The position numbers were made by a program, and so were the translations under genes. From the NCBI GenBank assembly GCA_964477545.1, contig CAYZEJ010000001.1, positions 11 through 64,010 of the forward strand: a stretch of 64,000 nucleotides of DNA, given 5' to 3'. The DNA is from an uncultured Anaerolineaceae bacterium. Lineage in GTDB: Bacteria; Chloroflexota; Limnocylindria; Limnocylindrales; CSP1-4. Of the stretch, positions 37,735 to 47,484 are shown in pieces (within the stretch, counting starts at the first letter, position 1; every line of letters begins with the position of its first letter). The notes under the pieces are model-generated. The model made no database searches and was not told where the DNA came from. It worked only from the letters and a program-made list of their open reading frames with translations.

Positions 37735-38735
37735 TGTTGGGCCAAATCCAGCAGCGTCCGTTCCAACACCGTGGCCATGACCTCGAGCTTCCAGGCGTTT
37801 CGCGTCATCGGCCGAGCCGCGGCGCGCAACGCTGCGACGGCGTCGGGCACTGAGTCCCCCACTCGACGGCCAGCGAGCGCCTGCTCAACCACCACCGCGC
37901 GCCAAGGCACTGGCGCGACGGCGCCGAGGACAACGCGTCCCTCATGCCAGACCCCGTCCGAGATCGAGGCCAGTGCCGCAACGGACGCGATGGCGAAGTC
38001 CCACGTCGGCAGGCCCTTCTCATTGACCTTGACCCAGGTCTGCCGGGCGCCGGCCGCAACAGGCGGCACCGTTACCTCGACCAGCAACTCGTCTGGCGCC
38101 AGTGCCGTCTCCGCCACCAGATTCTCGGCCGGGCTGACGAAGTAGTCGTCGAACGAGATGACCCGCTCGCCATTCGGCGACGCCACCCGGGCAGAACCGC
38201 CAAGAGCCATCAGCGCCGACCCCAGATCGGAGGGATGGACGATAAAGCAGATGTTGCCCTCGAGGATCGCGTTGTAGCGGTTGTCGCCCTTGACCGCGTA
38301 GCAGATCGCGCCGCCCTTCTTGATGCAGTCGAAATCCTTGTTGCGGAAGAACCAGCAGCGCGGCCGCTGGTGGAGGTTGCCGCCGAGCGTGCCGACGTTG
38401 CGGATCTCCGGCGTCGCTACCAGCCCAGCCGCCGCCGCCAGCAGCGGCCATGAACGGCGCACCTCGGCCGACTCGGCGATGTCGGCGAGCGTCGTCGCCG
38501 AGCCGATCACCAGCTCGCCCCGATCACCAACCCGGATGTCGCGCAGCTCGCGTAGCCGCGCAACGTCGATGAGCTCGGTGGGGTAGGGCATCGCCGAGCC
38601 GATCAGCTGGTCGCGCATCACGCCCGCCACGAGGTCGGTGCCCCCGCCCAGGGGCCGCCCCTCCAGCCCGGCCTCGGCGAGCATCGCCACGGCCTCATCC
38701 ACGGTGGCCGGCTCGTGCAGCCGGAACGACCTCAC
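37731..38735 (-). CDS. Xanthine dehydrogenase / CO dehydrogenase family FAD-binding (medium) subunit
   Basis: PCMH-type FAD-binding N-terminus (RPLGGGTDLV) and CO-dehydrogenase flavoprotein C-terminal domain. Confidence 0.85.
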   Translation of the reverse strand: MRSFRLHEPATVDEAVAMLAEAGLEGRPLGGGTDLVAGVMRDQLIGSAMPYPTELIDVARLRELRDIRVGDRGELVIGSATTLADIAESAEVRRSWPLLAAAAGLVATPEIRNVGTLGGNLHQRPRCWFFRNKDFDCIKKGGAICYAVKGDNRYNAILEGNICFIVHPSDLGSALMALGGSARVASPNGERVISFDDYFVSPAENLVAETALAPDELLVEVTVPPVAAGARQTWVKVNEKGLPTWDFAIASVAALASISDGVWHEGRVVLGAVAPVPWRAVVVEQALAGRRVGDSVPDAVAALRAAARPMTRNAWKLEVMATVLERTLLDLAQQ

Positions 38736-41731
38736 TCAGCCGCTCCAAGTGCGGCCAGCACCCGCATCCTCGAAAGCGGCAGGTCCGTGAGCCAGACGCC
38801 TGTCGCGTTGTGGAAGGCATTGGCGAGTACGGGCCCAACCGGCGGCGTCGAGGCCTGCCCGATGGCCAGCGCCCCGTACGGCCCGTAGTCCTGCGGCACT
38901 TCGACGAAGTCGACGATGATCGGCGGCACCTCGCCGAAGGCCATCGGCTTGTAGTCGAGGATGTTGGCGTTGACGGGCAGCCCGGTGCGCTCGTCGATCA
39001 ACAGCTCCTCGTACAGCGCGCCGCCGAGGCCCATCCCGACTCCGCCTTCAACCTGTTGCTCGAGCATGAGCCGGTTGAGCACCTTGCCCACATCGTGGAC
39101 GGCGACGTAACGACGGATGTCAATCTTGCCCATGTGGGTGTCGACCTCGATCTCGACCGCGTGCGCTCCGGTGGCAACCGATTCGCTGGTCAACTGCCGG
39201 CGGCGGTCGGAGGCACCGACTATCGGCTCGGCGAGCCCCGCCACGACCTCCCGAACCGCCACTCGGTGTCCGTTGCCGGGCACCGACACCCAGCCGTCGC
39301 GGATCTCCAGCGACTCTGGCTCGATCGAGGCGCCGTTTGACAGTATCGGCGCGGCCAGGCGGCGAACCTCGTCGCGCACCTGCTCTGCGGCGTCGACGAC
39401 GGCCCAGCCGCCGACATTCATCTGCAGTGATGAGTTGGATGGTCCGGTGTTGGTATTGAATGCGGTGTCGACGCCGGGCAGGATGCTCACTTCGTCGAGC
39501 GGGATGCCCGTCGTCTGCGCCGCGAGCATGGCCAGCAGCGTGCGCTGGCCGGCGCCCACCTCGGTGCTGCCCGAGCGTACCTCGAGCGTGCCGTCGGGGT
39601 GGAGCAGCACCTGGCCGGTCGAGGGCGGCGGCAGGCCGTCCTTGGAAGTACCGCCCTGCTTGCCGCCGCCACGGTCGATCGCCGAGACGATGGCCATGCC
39701 GTGGAACACGCCTGGACGCACCTCGCGCGCCGCCGGTGGATGCCACTTCTCGCGCCAATCGATCAGCTCGGCCGCGCGCTCGAGCGACTGGCGGTGGCCG
39801 CCGACCCGACCAAAAGGCAGGCCCGGCTTCTCACCTGTCAGCTCGTCGAAGAGGGAGCCGACCTCGTTGAGATTCTGCAGCCGGAAGTCGAGCGGGTCGG
39901 CTCCGATCGCGTTGGCGGCACGCTCCATGGCTGTCTCGAGCGCGAACAGGCCGTAGTGGCGGCCCACGCCGCGCATGGGCCCGGCGCGGAAGTTGTTGGT
40001 CCAGACCTCGGTTCCGGCGTAACGCTGGTTGTCGTACGTGTACAGGATCTGGAACGGGTACCAGCCGCCCAGCACGCCGACGCCGGTCAGGCCGCGAGCC
40101 GCCGCGGCGCTGGGCGGCAGCCCGGCGTTCGTACCGCCGTCGTAGAGCACATCGACCGACAGGCCTGTGAGCTTGCCGTCGCGAGTGAGGCCCATCTTGA
40201 CGTTCGTCCTCGTCCGGCCGCGATGGGCCGACGTCAGGAAGCTTTCTTCGCGGCTGAGCATCGCTCGCACCGGCCGCTCAACGATCCTGGCCATGACCGC
40301 CGGGAGTGCCAGCTCCTCGACCAGCTGATCGGCCGAGCCGTACGACGAGCCCATGTAGCCGGTCTGGATGACGCGGACCTGCTCCTCGGGCAGCGACAGC
40401 CACTTGGCCAGCTCGCGCCGCACGTCGAAGGTGCGGTGTGTCGTTTGCCACGTCGTCAGGGTGTCTGCCTCCCAGGAGTACAGGCCCGTGCGCAGCTCGA
40501 GCGGCAGGTGCTGCTGGTAGGGAGTGGTCGAAGTCGACTCGACCAGCACCTCTGCCTCGGCCAGTGCGGTCTCCGGGTCGCCGATGACGACCGGGCCGAG
40601 CACGTTGCGTATGGTGCCGGGGTAGATGTTGTCCCACTGCTGTTCGGCGCCGGTGGCCTTCTCGAAATCGAGCGCCGGCTCGAGAGCCTCGTACTCGACC
40701 TCGATCTTTGACAGCGCGTCCTCGGCGAGATGCTCAGACTCCGCCGCCACGACCGCGACGGGCATGCCGACGTGAATCACCTCCTTGTTGAGCAGCCTGC
40801 GCTCGGGCGGTCCCTCGATGACGATCGAGCGGTATGGCTCGGGCAAATTGAAGGCGTGCAGGACGCGCACGACGCCGGGCATCCGCTCCGCGGTCGCGGA
40901 GTCCACGCGCAGCACGCGCGCCCGCGGGTAGGGCGAGCGAAGGGTGCGCACGAAGACCTGGTTGGGCAGCGACATCAGGCTGACGAAGTCGGCCTCGTCG
41001 GTGATCTGGGCACGGCCGTGGATGCGCGGCACGCGCGTGCCTAGCACCTCCGACGTGTGCGGCATCAATGTCTCGCGCGGCGCCGGCGCGGACGTCGGAT
41101 CGCGCATCTCCACCGCTGCCCGCTGAACGGCGCGCACGATGCGCTCCTGCTCACCGCAGCGGCACAGGATGCCCGACAGCGCGTCCTTGATCTCGGACTC
41201 GGACGGGTCCGGGTTGCGCTCGAGGAGTGCGAGCGAGGTCATCAAAAAGCCCTTGGTGCAGATGCCGCACTGGAACGCACCGTCTTCCCAGAATGTGCGC
41301 TGAAGCGGGTGCAGGCCGGATATGCCGGGACCGCTCGCCAGCCCGGCGGCGGTGCGCACCTCGCAGCCGTCAAGACGTGCAGTGAGCAAGGCACAGCTGT
41401 TGACGGAGCGACCGTCGACGATCACGTTGCACGCGCCGCACTGCGCCCGGTCACAGCCGAGGTTGGCGCCACGCTCGCCGAGACGCAGCGCGAGCGTCTC
41501 CCACAGGCTCTCGCGTGGCTCGACTTGAAGAGCGTGGACGACGCCGTCAATCGTCAAAGAAGCAGAGTGCCAGGACGACGCTGAGTCGTTGGCGGCTCGT
41601 GCTGCTGTGGTGCGCGGACCAGTGGGACGCTTCAAGGCGCCTCGCAACATTGGATCGAAATCTCGGCGGGCGCTACGCGTGACGAAGGGGACCTCGGCAA
41701 CGGATCCGCCACTATGGCATTCTCGGCGCAA
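38732..41731 (-). CDS. Fused [2Fe-2S] small subunit + molybdopterin-binding large subunit of a xanthine dehydrogenase / aldehyde oxidase family enzyme
   Basis: N-terminal ferredoxin-like and 4-helix FeS motifs (CDRAQCGACNV; CGICTKG...CRCG) followed by about 850 aa of aldehyde oxidase/XDH Moco domains. True start may be the ATG at 41650. Confidence 0.85.
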   Translation of the reverse strand: MRRECHSGGSVAEVPFVTRSARRDFDPMLRGALKRPTGPRTTAARAANDSASSWHSASLTIDGVVHALQVEPRESLWETLALRLGERGANLGCDRAQCGACNVIVDGRSVNSCALLTARLDGCEVRTAAGLASGPGISGLHPLQRTFWEDGAFQCGICTKGFLMTSLALLERNPDPSESEIKDALSGILCRCGEQERIVRAVQRAAVEMRDPTSAPAPRETLMPHTSEVLGTRVPRIHGRAQITDEADFVSLMSLPNQVFVRTLRSPYPRARVLRVDSATAERMPGVVRVLHAFNLPEPYRSIVIEGPPERRLLNKEVIHVGMPVAVVAAESEHLAEDALSKIEVEYEALEPALDFEKATGAEQQWDNIYPGTIRNVLGPVVIGDPETALAEAEVLVESTSTTPYQQHLPLELRTGLYSWEADTLTTWQTTHRTFDVRRELAKWLSLPEEQVRVIQTGYMGSSYGSADQLVEELALPAVMARIVERPVRAMLSREESFLTSAHRGRTRTNVKMGLTRDGKLTGLSVDVLYDGGTNAGLPPSAAAARGLTGVGVLGGWYPFQILYTYDNQRYAGTEVWTNNFRAGPMRGVGRHYGLFALETAMERAANAIGADPLDFRLQNLNEVGSLFDELTGEKPGLPFGRVGGHRQSLERAAELIDWREKWHPPAAREVRPGVFHGMAIVSAIDRGGGKQGGTSKDGLPPPSTGQVLLHPDGTLEVRSGSTEVGAGQRTLLAMLAAQTTGIPLDEVSILPGVDTAFNTNTGPSNSSLQMNVGGWAVVDAAEQVRDEVRRLAAPILSNGASIEPESLEIRDGWVSVPGNGHRVAVREVVAGLAEPIVGASDRRRQLTSESVATGAHAVEIEVDTHMGKIDIRRYVAVHDVGKVLNRLMLEQQVEGGVGMGLGGALYEELLIDERTGLPVNANILDYKPMAFGEVPPIIVDFVEVPQDYGPYGALAIGQASTPPVGPVLANAFHNATGVWLTDLPLSRMRVLAALGAAE

Positions 41732-41741
41732 AAGTTGTTGC
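41728..41741. promoter_or_regulatory. Inverted-repeat motif GCAAAAGTTGTTGC (site 6, one mismatch)
   Basis: Lies in the divergent region between the molybdoenzyme operon and ridA. Confidence 0.4.
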
Positions 41742-41800
41742 AGTCAACCACCATGCTCGGCGAGAACTTCCAAAAGCAGCGAGCCACAAGGGGAGTCGTG

Positions 41801-42184
41801 ATGCCACCTGAGACCATTTCCGTACCGGGTATCCACCGACCCGTCGGTTATTCGCATGCGAGCGGCGCGGACAAGATCGTGTATGTCGCGGGCCAAGTCG
41901 CAACGAGCGCCGACGGCCGCACGGTCGGTGTCGGGGACTTTGAGGCGCAGGTTCGCCAGGTGTACGCCAACCTGGCAACGGTCATCGAACAGGTGGGCGG
42001 TTCGTGGGCAAGCATTGCCAAGACGACCGCCTATCTGACCGACGCTCGCTTCATCAACGACTTTCGAAACATCCGACGCGAGCTCATGGCGGGTCACGAG
42101 CCGCCCAACACGCTGGTCATCGCGGCGGCACTCGGCTCACCCGAGCTACGGGTCGAGGTCGATGCGATCCTGGCATTGGATTAG
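41801..42184 (+). CDS. RidA/YjgF/TdcF enamine-imine deaminase
   Basis: 127-aa RidA fold. RBS AAGGGGAG 5-6 nt before ATG 41801. The track ORF starts earlier at 41714. Confidence 0.85.
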   Translation: MPPETISVPGIHRPVGYSHASGADKIVYVAGQVATSADGRTVGVGDFEAQVRQVYANLATVIEQVGGSWASIAKTTAYLTDARFINDFRNIRRELMAGHEPPNTLVIAAALGSPELRVEVDAILALD

Positions 42185-42373
42185 ATCGCCCGGCGTCGTC
42201 GATTTCGCGCAGCACCAAATTTTGCGTCAGAGCCCTGTGTCTGCCAAAAACCGTTGCAGAGGCGCGTAGTATCTGCGCAGCCGAGGCGGCCCCGCTCCGG
42301 CGCAGGCTGCCATTCCGCGGCACGTCGCTGGGCTCGGTCCACGCGGCCAGCAGCACAAACGAGGAGGAGCCAG

Positions 42374-43657
42374 ATGCATCAGCGGTTCCGTTTCCGCGTC
42401 TCGGCCTTGGCGATCGCCGCGCTCGTCGTGGCGGCCTGCCAGGCTGGCGCACCAACGCCAGGCGCGACGAGCACGCCCGCCGATGCCACCGCCTCGCCCC
42501 CGGCAGCAACGGCGACAGCGCCGACTACCGGCGAGCCAATTCGCATCGGTGCGGCCATGGCGCTGACCGGTGACTTCTCGCCCGACACCGAGCTCGTTCA
42601 CGACGGCTACGTTTTCGCCGTGAACCGCATCAACGAGATGGGTGGCATCGAGGTCGGTGGCCAGATGCGGCCTGTCGAACTCGTGGTACGTGACGACGGC
42701 TCCGACCGTGAGGTTTCTGCTCGCTTGCTCGAGCAGTTGATCGCCGAGGACGAGGTTGATCTGCTGCTTGCCCCCTGGGGCTCGGGCAACACGAACGCCG
42801 TCGCGCCCATCAATGAGCGCTACGGACGCCCGATGATCGCTCCACTGGCCGCCTCAGATTCGATTTGGGAGCAGGGCTACGAGTACCTGTTTGGGATGCT
42901 GCCGCTGGGAAGCGACAACGAGCGCCCCATGGTCCAGATGGCGCAGGAGCTTGGCGCCGAACGCATCGCCCTGATTACGACAGACGATCTGTTCCCGGGA
43001 CTTGCCCATGAGGGCGCGGTCGATGAGGCGGAGACACTCGGCCTCGAGGTCGTCGTGAATGAGATCTATCCCCCCGGCACTGTTGATTTGGGGGCGCTCA
43101 TCACGCGCCTTGAGCAGGCCGAGCCCGACTTCGTCATCGCTCCCGTAGATGTTGCCGATGCGATCGTCCTCATCCGCCAGCTGAAGGAACGCGACTTCCG
43201 TCCGCCGGGGCTCGCGCTCTCGGGAGCCACGTTCGTGCCCGACTTCCTGGACAACGTCGGCAACGACGCGGAAGGCCTGTTCGGGATCGTTCACTGGTTC
43301 CCAACGCTGCCCTGGAGCGACGACATCTTCGGGACGGCCGAGCAGTACGCGCAGGACTTCGAAGCAGAGATGGGATATCCGCCAACCCACGACAACGCTG
43401 CGGCCTCAGGTGCCGTGGAGGTGCTCAAGCTGGCAGTCGAATCGGCCGGCAGCCTGGAGCAGGATGCCGTTCGCGACGCCCTCCGTCAGATCGACCTCGA
43501 AACGTTCTTTGGTCCAGTCAACTTTGACGACACGACCGGGCGAAACATTGGGCTCGAGTACCCAGTTCAAATCCAGGGCATGGCACCGGTGATCGTGTAC
43601 CCGGATGACGCGGCCGGTGCCGAGCCCATCTATCCCATCACCGAATGGAGCGAATAG
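42374..43657 (+). CDS. LivK/UrtA-type ABC substrate-binding lipoprotein
   Basis: Lipobox VAAC with Ala/Thr/Pro linker. Periplasmic-binding-protein type I. Confidence 0.8.
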   Translation: MHQRFRFRVSALAIAALVVAACQAGAPTPGATSTPADATASPPAATATAPTTGEPIRIGAAMALTGDFSPDTELVHDGYVFAVNRINEMGGIEVGGQMRPVELVVRDDGSDREVSARLLEQLIAEDEVDLLLAPWGSGNTNAVAPINERYGRPMIAPLAASDSIWEQGYEYLFGMLPLGSDNERPMVQMAQELGAERIALITTDDLFPGLAHEGAVDEAETLGLEVVVNEIYPPGTVDLGALITRLEQAEPDFVIAPVDVADAIVLIRQLKERDFRPPGLALSGATFVPDFLDNVGNDAEGLFGIVHWFPTLPWSDDIFGTAEQYAQDFEAEMGYPPTHDNAAASGAVEVLKLAVESAGSLEQDAVRDALRQIDLETFFGPVNFDDTTGRNIGLEYPVQIQGMAPVIVYPDDAAGAEPIYPITEWSE

Positions 43658-43704
43658 TCCTCGATCTTCCCGCCAAGCTCAGGAGCTGAGCACAGAACCC
43701 GCCC

Positions 43705-44568
43705 GTGAGCCAGGCACTCATCAATGCCCTGCTCACGGGCGGGCTTTACGCATCGCTGGGCATCGGGCTGTCGCTCGTCTACGGCGTCACCAAGGTCATC
43801 AATGCCGCGCACGGCGCCTACATCGTCCTCGGTGCGTTTCTTGCTTGGGCGGCGTGGAGCGCGTGGGGCATCGATCCATTTGCATCGATCCCGTTCTTGC
43901 TGGTCGTCGGTTTCGTGCTCGGCTATCTCGTCCAGCGCCTGCTGGTCAATGCGGTGGTCAAGAGATCGACGCTAATGACGGTTGCCATGACGTTCGGCAT
44001 CGACCTGGTCATCGTTACCGCCATACTCGTCGTCTGGGGCGCCGATTTGCGCATCGTCGATGTCGACTATGCCGCCGCTGGGTTCTCCGTCCTGGATGCG
44101 CGCGTCTCATGGGTACGGCTGGGCATCTTCGGCGTCGCCTTGGGGATGGCCGTGGCCCTAGAGGGTGTCATCCGGAGAACCAGGGTCGGTGCTCAGATTC
44201 GCGCGGTATCGCAGGATCGGCCCGCGGCCGAGCTCCTGGGCATCGACGTCGGCCACACATACGGAGTCGCCCACGGACTGGCGGCGGGTGTCGCGTGTGG
44301 CGCGGGGGCGATGGTCTCGATGATCACGCCGCTCCAGCCATTCCTGGGCGTTTCGTTGCTGCTTATCGCCTTCGCAGTGGTCGTACTGGCTGGCTTCGGG
44401 CCGATTGCACCGGTCATCGTCGCCGGCGTCCTGCTCGCGCTGTCCGAGCAGGTGGCCGGGCTGTACCTCGGCACGCAGTACCAGCGCCTGGCTATCTTCG
44501 TCGTGTACCTGGCCGTCGCGACGCTGCGTCCGCATGGCCTGTTCGGTCGCCGTTTCTATGCCCACTGA
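43705..44568 (+). CDS. LivH-type ABC permease
   Basis: Branched-chain amino acid transport permease family. Confidence 0.85.
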   Translation: MSQALINALLTGGLYASLGIGLSLVYGVTKVINAAHGAYIVLGAFLAWAAWSAWGIDPFASIPFLLVVGFVLGYLVQRLLVNAVVKRSTLMTVAMTFGIDLVIVTAILVVWGADLRIVDVDYAAAGFSVLDARVSWVRLGIFGVALGMAVALEGVIRRTRVGAQIRAVSQDRPAAELLGIDVGHTYGVAHGLAAGVACGAGAMVSMITPLQPFLGVSLLLIAFAVVVLAGFGPIAPVIVAGVLLALSEQVAGLYLGTQYQRLAIFVVYLAVATLRPHGLFGRRFYAH

Positions 44569-44571
44569 CGG

Positions 44572-45570
44572 GTGGAACTCGTGATCGCGGTCAAGGAGCG
44601 GCGGGCCGCCTTACGCCTGCTGATCGTCGTTGCGCTGATCGTGCTGCTGACGGCTCTGCCGTTCGGTCTGAACAACTTCTGGCTGCGCGTCATGACGACC
44701 GGCCTGATGTTCGCCGGCCTCGGACTCGCGATGCAGATCATGATCGGGTTGACCGGCTGGCCGGCCCTCGGCAATGTCGTGTTCTTTGGCGTAGGCGCTT
44801 ACGGCGCGGCACTCGTCAACCTGCGTCTGGACGCGCCCGTATATCTCGCCATTCCGTTCGGAGGGCTGGTTGCGGCATTGCTGGCGATCATCGCGGCGCG
44901 AGCGATGCTCTCGCTGCGCGGCTCGTACTTCCTGATGGCAACGGTGGCGCTCAACTTTGCGATGCTCGAGCTGGTACTGACTGCGCGCGGCGTGACGAAC
45001 GGGCCGCAAGGTTTGACTCTTGCCCCAGTTGTCTCCGGCTCGCCGCATTTCGTCTACACGTTCTTCTACATGCTCTTCCTCGCCGTGTTGGCGGGGGCCG
45101 CGCTGGTTCTGCTGCTGATGCGGCGCAGCAGGCTCGGCTACGGCCTTCTGGCAATAAAGGGAAATGAGGACGCCGCCCTGATGCTTGGCGTACCGACCTT
45201 CCGGTACAAAGCGATCGCCTGGGCCGCAAGCGCGGCCGTGACCGGCGTCATCGGCGGCGTCTACGCGTTCTGGATCGGATACATCGATCCCGAGTCCGTA
45301 TTCGACCTGCTCATCTCGCTGGCGGTCATCCTGATGGTCCTCCTGGGTGGCAGGTTGCTCATCTTCGGCCCGATTTTGGGCGCTCTCGCCTACGAATTGG
45401 TCGACGTCGTCGCCTGGCGTGAGTTCAATGAGCTTCGCCTGGCAGTGCTCGGCATCACCCTGATTGCCATCGTGCGCTTCCTGCCGGGCGGGCTGCCAGA
45501 GCTGTGGGATCACGTCGTCCGCCTTCGCCACCGTCGCCGCGCACGAGCCGAGGCGCGCCGTGCTGCTTGA
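44572..45570 (+). CDS. LivM-type ABC permease
   Basis: Branched-chain amino acid transport permease family. Confidence 0.85.
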   Translation: MELVIAVKERRAALRLLIVVALIVLLTALPFGLNNFWLRVMTTGLMFAGLGLAMQIMIGLTGWPALGNVVFFGVGAYGAALVNLRLDAPVYLAIPFGGLVAALLAIIAARAMLSLRGSYFLMATVALNFAMLELVLTARGVTNGPQGLTLAPVVSGSPHFVYTFFYMLFLAVLAGAALVLLLMRRSRLGYGLLAIKGNEDAALMLGVPTFRYKAIAWAASAAVTGVIGGVYAFWIGYIDPESVFDLLISLAVILMVLLGGRLLIFGPILGALAYELVDVVAWREFNELRLAVLGITLIAIVRFLPGGLPELWDHVVRLRHRRRARAEARRAA

Positions 45571-46288
45571 GCTCGACAATGTCTCGCGACACTTCGGCGG
45601 CGTGCGCGCCGTGGACGGAGTCAGCGGCGGCGTGGAACACGGCAAGATCCTGGGCCTGATCGGGCCGAACGGCTCGGGCAAGACGACGCTACTGTCGATG
45701 ATCTCTGCAGCGCTGGCCCCCAGCAGTGGCGAGATCCGGCTTGACGGCCGCTCGATGCGCGGGTGGTCGCCGCGCGACGCTGCCAAAGGGAGCGTCGCGC
45801 GCGCCTTCCAGGTACCCCAACACGCGGCCGACCTGACCGTTCTCGAAAACGTGATGCTGGGAGCGATGTTCGGCAGCCGGTGGGTGTCGCAGCGTGAAGC
45901 GGCGGAGGAAGCGCGCCACAACCTGGCCCAAGTCGGTCTTAGCTGGCTTGCCGACAAACATCCATATGAGGCATCCCTGGGCGAGCGCCGCGGCATCGAG
46001 CTTGCCCGGCTGCTGACGATGCGGCCGACGCTGGCGCTCATGGACGAGGTGATGGGTGGCCTGTCGGCAAAGAACGTCGAGATGACCGAGCAGATCATCC
46101 TGCGCCTCCGCGATGAGGGAGTCACGCTCATCGTCGTTGAGCACGTGGCAGGCGTGATAGCGCGGCTTGCGGATGAGATCTGCGTTCTACACGAGGGCCG
46201 CGTTCTGCGCTGGGGACCCCCAGCCGAGGTGCTCGCCGACCGTCAGGTCATCGACGTCTACCTTGGTCGCGACGTCGCGCATGACTGA
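45560..46288 (+). CDS. LivG-type ABC ATPase
   Basis: Walker A GPNGSGKTT. GTG start at 45560 overlaps the permease stop. Confidence 0.85.
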   Translation: MLLELDNVSRHFGGVRAVDGVSGGVEHGKILGLIGPNGSGKTTLLSMISAALAPSSGEIRLDGRSMRGWSPRDAAKGSVARAFQVPQHAADLTVLENVMLGAMFGSRWVSQREAAEEARHNLAQVGLSWLADKHPYEASLGERRGIELARLLTMRPTLALMDEVMGGLSAKNVEMTEQIILRLRDEGVTLIVVEHVAGVIARLADEICVLHEGRVLRWGPPAEVLADRQVIDVYLGRDVAHD

Positions 46289-47021
46289 CGGCCTGCTCCA
46301 GATGCGCAGCGTCTCAGCTGGCTACGAAGCAGACCGGCCCAGCTGGGATCGACCGGTCATCAGCGAATTCGAACTGGACGTCGCTCTGGGCGAGCTGGTC
46401 ACGCTACTGGGTGCCAATGGCTCGGGCAAGTCTTGTGTTCTTCTCGCCACGGCCGGTCTGATCCGTCTGGCTGGTGGCTCGATCAGGTTCAACGGAAGCG
46501 ACCTGACGCGCTCCTCGGCCACAGACAGGGCGCGCAGGGGCATCAGCCTCGTGCCCGAAGGTCGCCGCCTTTTCCCCGGGATGACCGTTCGCGAGAATCT
46601 GGTCCTGGCCGCTGTATCACTGCATCGACCCGTTGACGAGGGGATCGAGACCGTTCTCGATCTGTTCCCTCAGCTACGCAATCTGCTCGACAGCGTCTCC
46701 GGGTCGCTGTCAGGGGGTGAGCAGCAGATGTGCGCAATCGGCCGTGGCTTGATGGCTCGCCCACGGCTCTTGCTTATCGACGAGCTTTCACTTGGACTGG
46801 CTCCGGTCATGGTCGAACGACTCGTGGATGCCCTCAAGCGAATTCACAGTGAGATGGGGATCACGGTCCTATTTGTCGAGCAGGCGGCAGATCTTGCCAT
46901 CGACATCGCCGACCGCGTGGTAGTCCTCTCGCTGGGCCGGAAGGTGTTCGATGGCACTTCGGCTGAGGCGGCCGCATCGCGCGACCTCATCGAACGCGCC
47001 TACCTCGGCCTACCCGTCTGA
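46281..47021 (+). CDS. LivF-type ABC ATPase
   Basis: Walker A GANGSGKS. ATG at 46281 overlaps the LivG stop. Confidence 0.85.
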   Translation: MTDGLLQMRSVSAGYEADRPSWDRPVISEFELDVALGELVTLLGANGSGKSCVLLATAGLIRLAGGSIRFNGSDLTRSSATDRARRGISLVPEGRRLFPGMTVRENLVLAAVSLHRPVDEGIETVLDLFPQLRNLLDSVSGSLSGGEQQMCAIGRGLMARPRLLLIDELSLGLAPVMVERLVDALKRIHSEMGITVLFVEQAADLAIDIADRVVVLSLGRKVFDGTSAEAAASRDLIERAYLGLPV

Positions 47022-47336
47022 CAGCTGAGTGGGTGTCGCGGGGGCAGCGGCAGACCGTGACCTCCACGGCGTTACGCGCGCGTGAAGGCCGCGCCATAGA
47101 AATGCCGAATCACTTGAGCGGCGTGGGAGGTTCGGCGCAGGGCGCGCTCAGGGAACGAGACCTCGCCACATATACGGCAGCGATTTCCGAGGAGAGTGAC
47201 CTCGCCCTCCGGCCCCACTGTCCAGCGTCCTATTCGCGGTTGCGCCAACTCGCCTCCCAGTCATGCCCCAGCGAGCGAACGGCTCCCTGACACTTTGGGC
47301 AAGTGGAGCGCAGTCTAGGAGCAGCCGGCGGACATC

Positions 47337-47350
47337 GCAACGATTGTTGC
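47337..47350. promoter_or_regulatory. Inverted-repeat motif GCAACGATTGTTGC (site 7), start of conserved promoter block 47337-47390
   Basis: Exact copy of the site-1 motif plus the downstream GAGCATGACAGTATCCGTTCCA block. 135 nt upstream of MFS gene 2. Confidence 0.5.
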
Positions 47351-47484
47351 AGCGTGTTGCAGAGCATGACAGTATCCGTTCCACGCCTCCCGGAGCCCTG
47401 GCTGCCCGGTGATCCGGCAAACACCTCGGAGGGTCCCACCGTTCATCGAATCACGACGGCCATTACCAACCGGGACGCGCGAGC

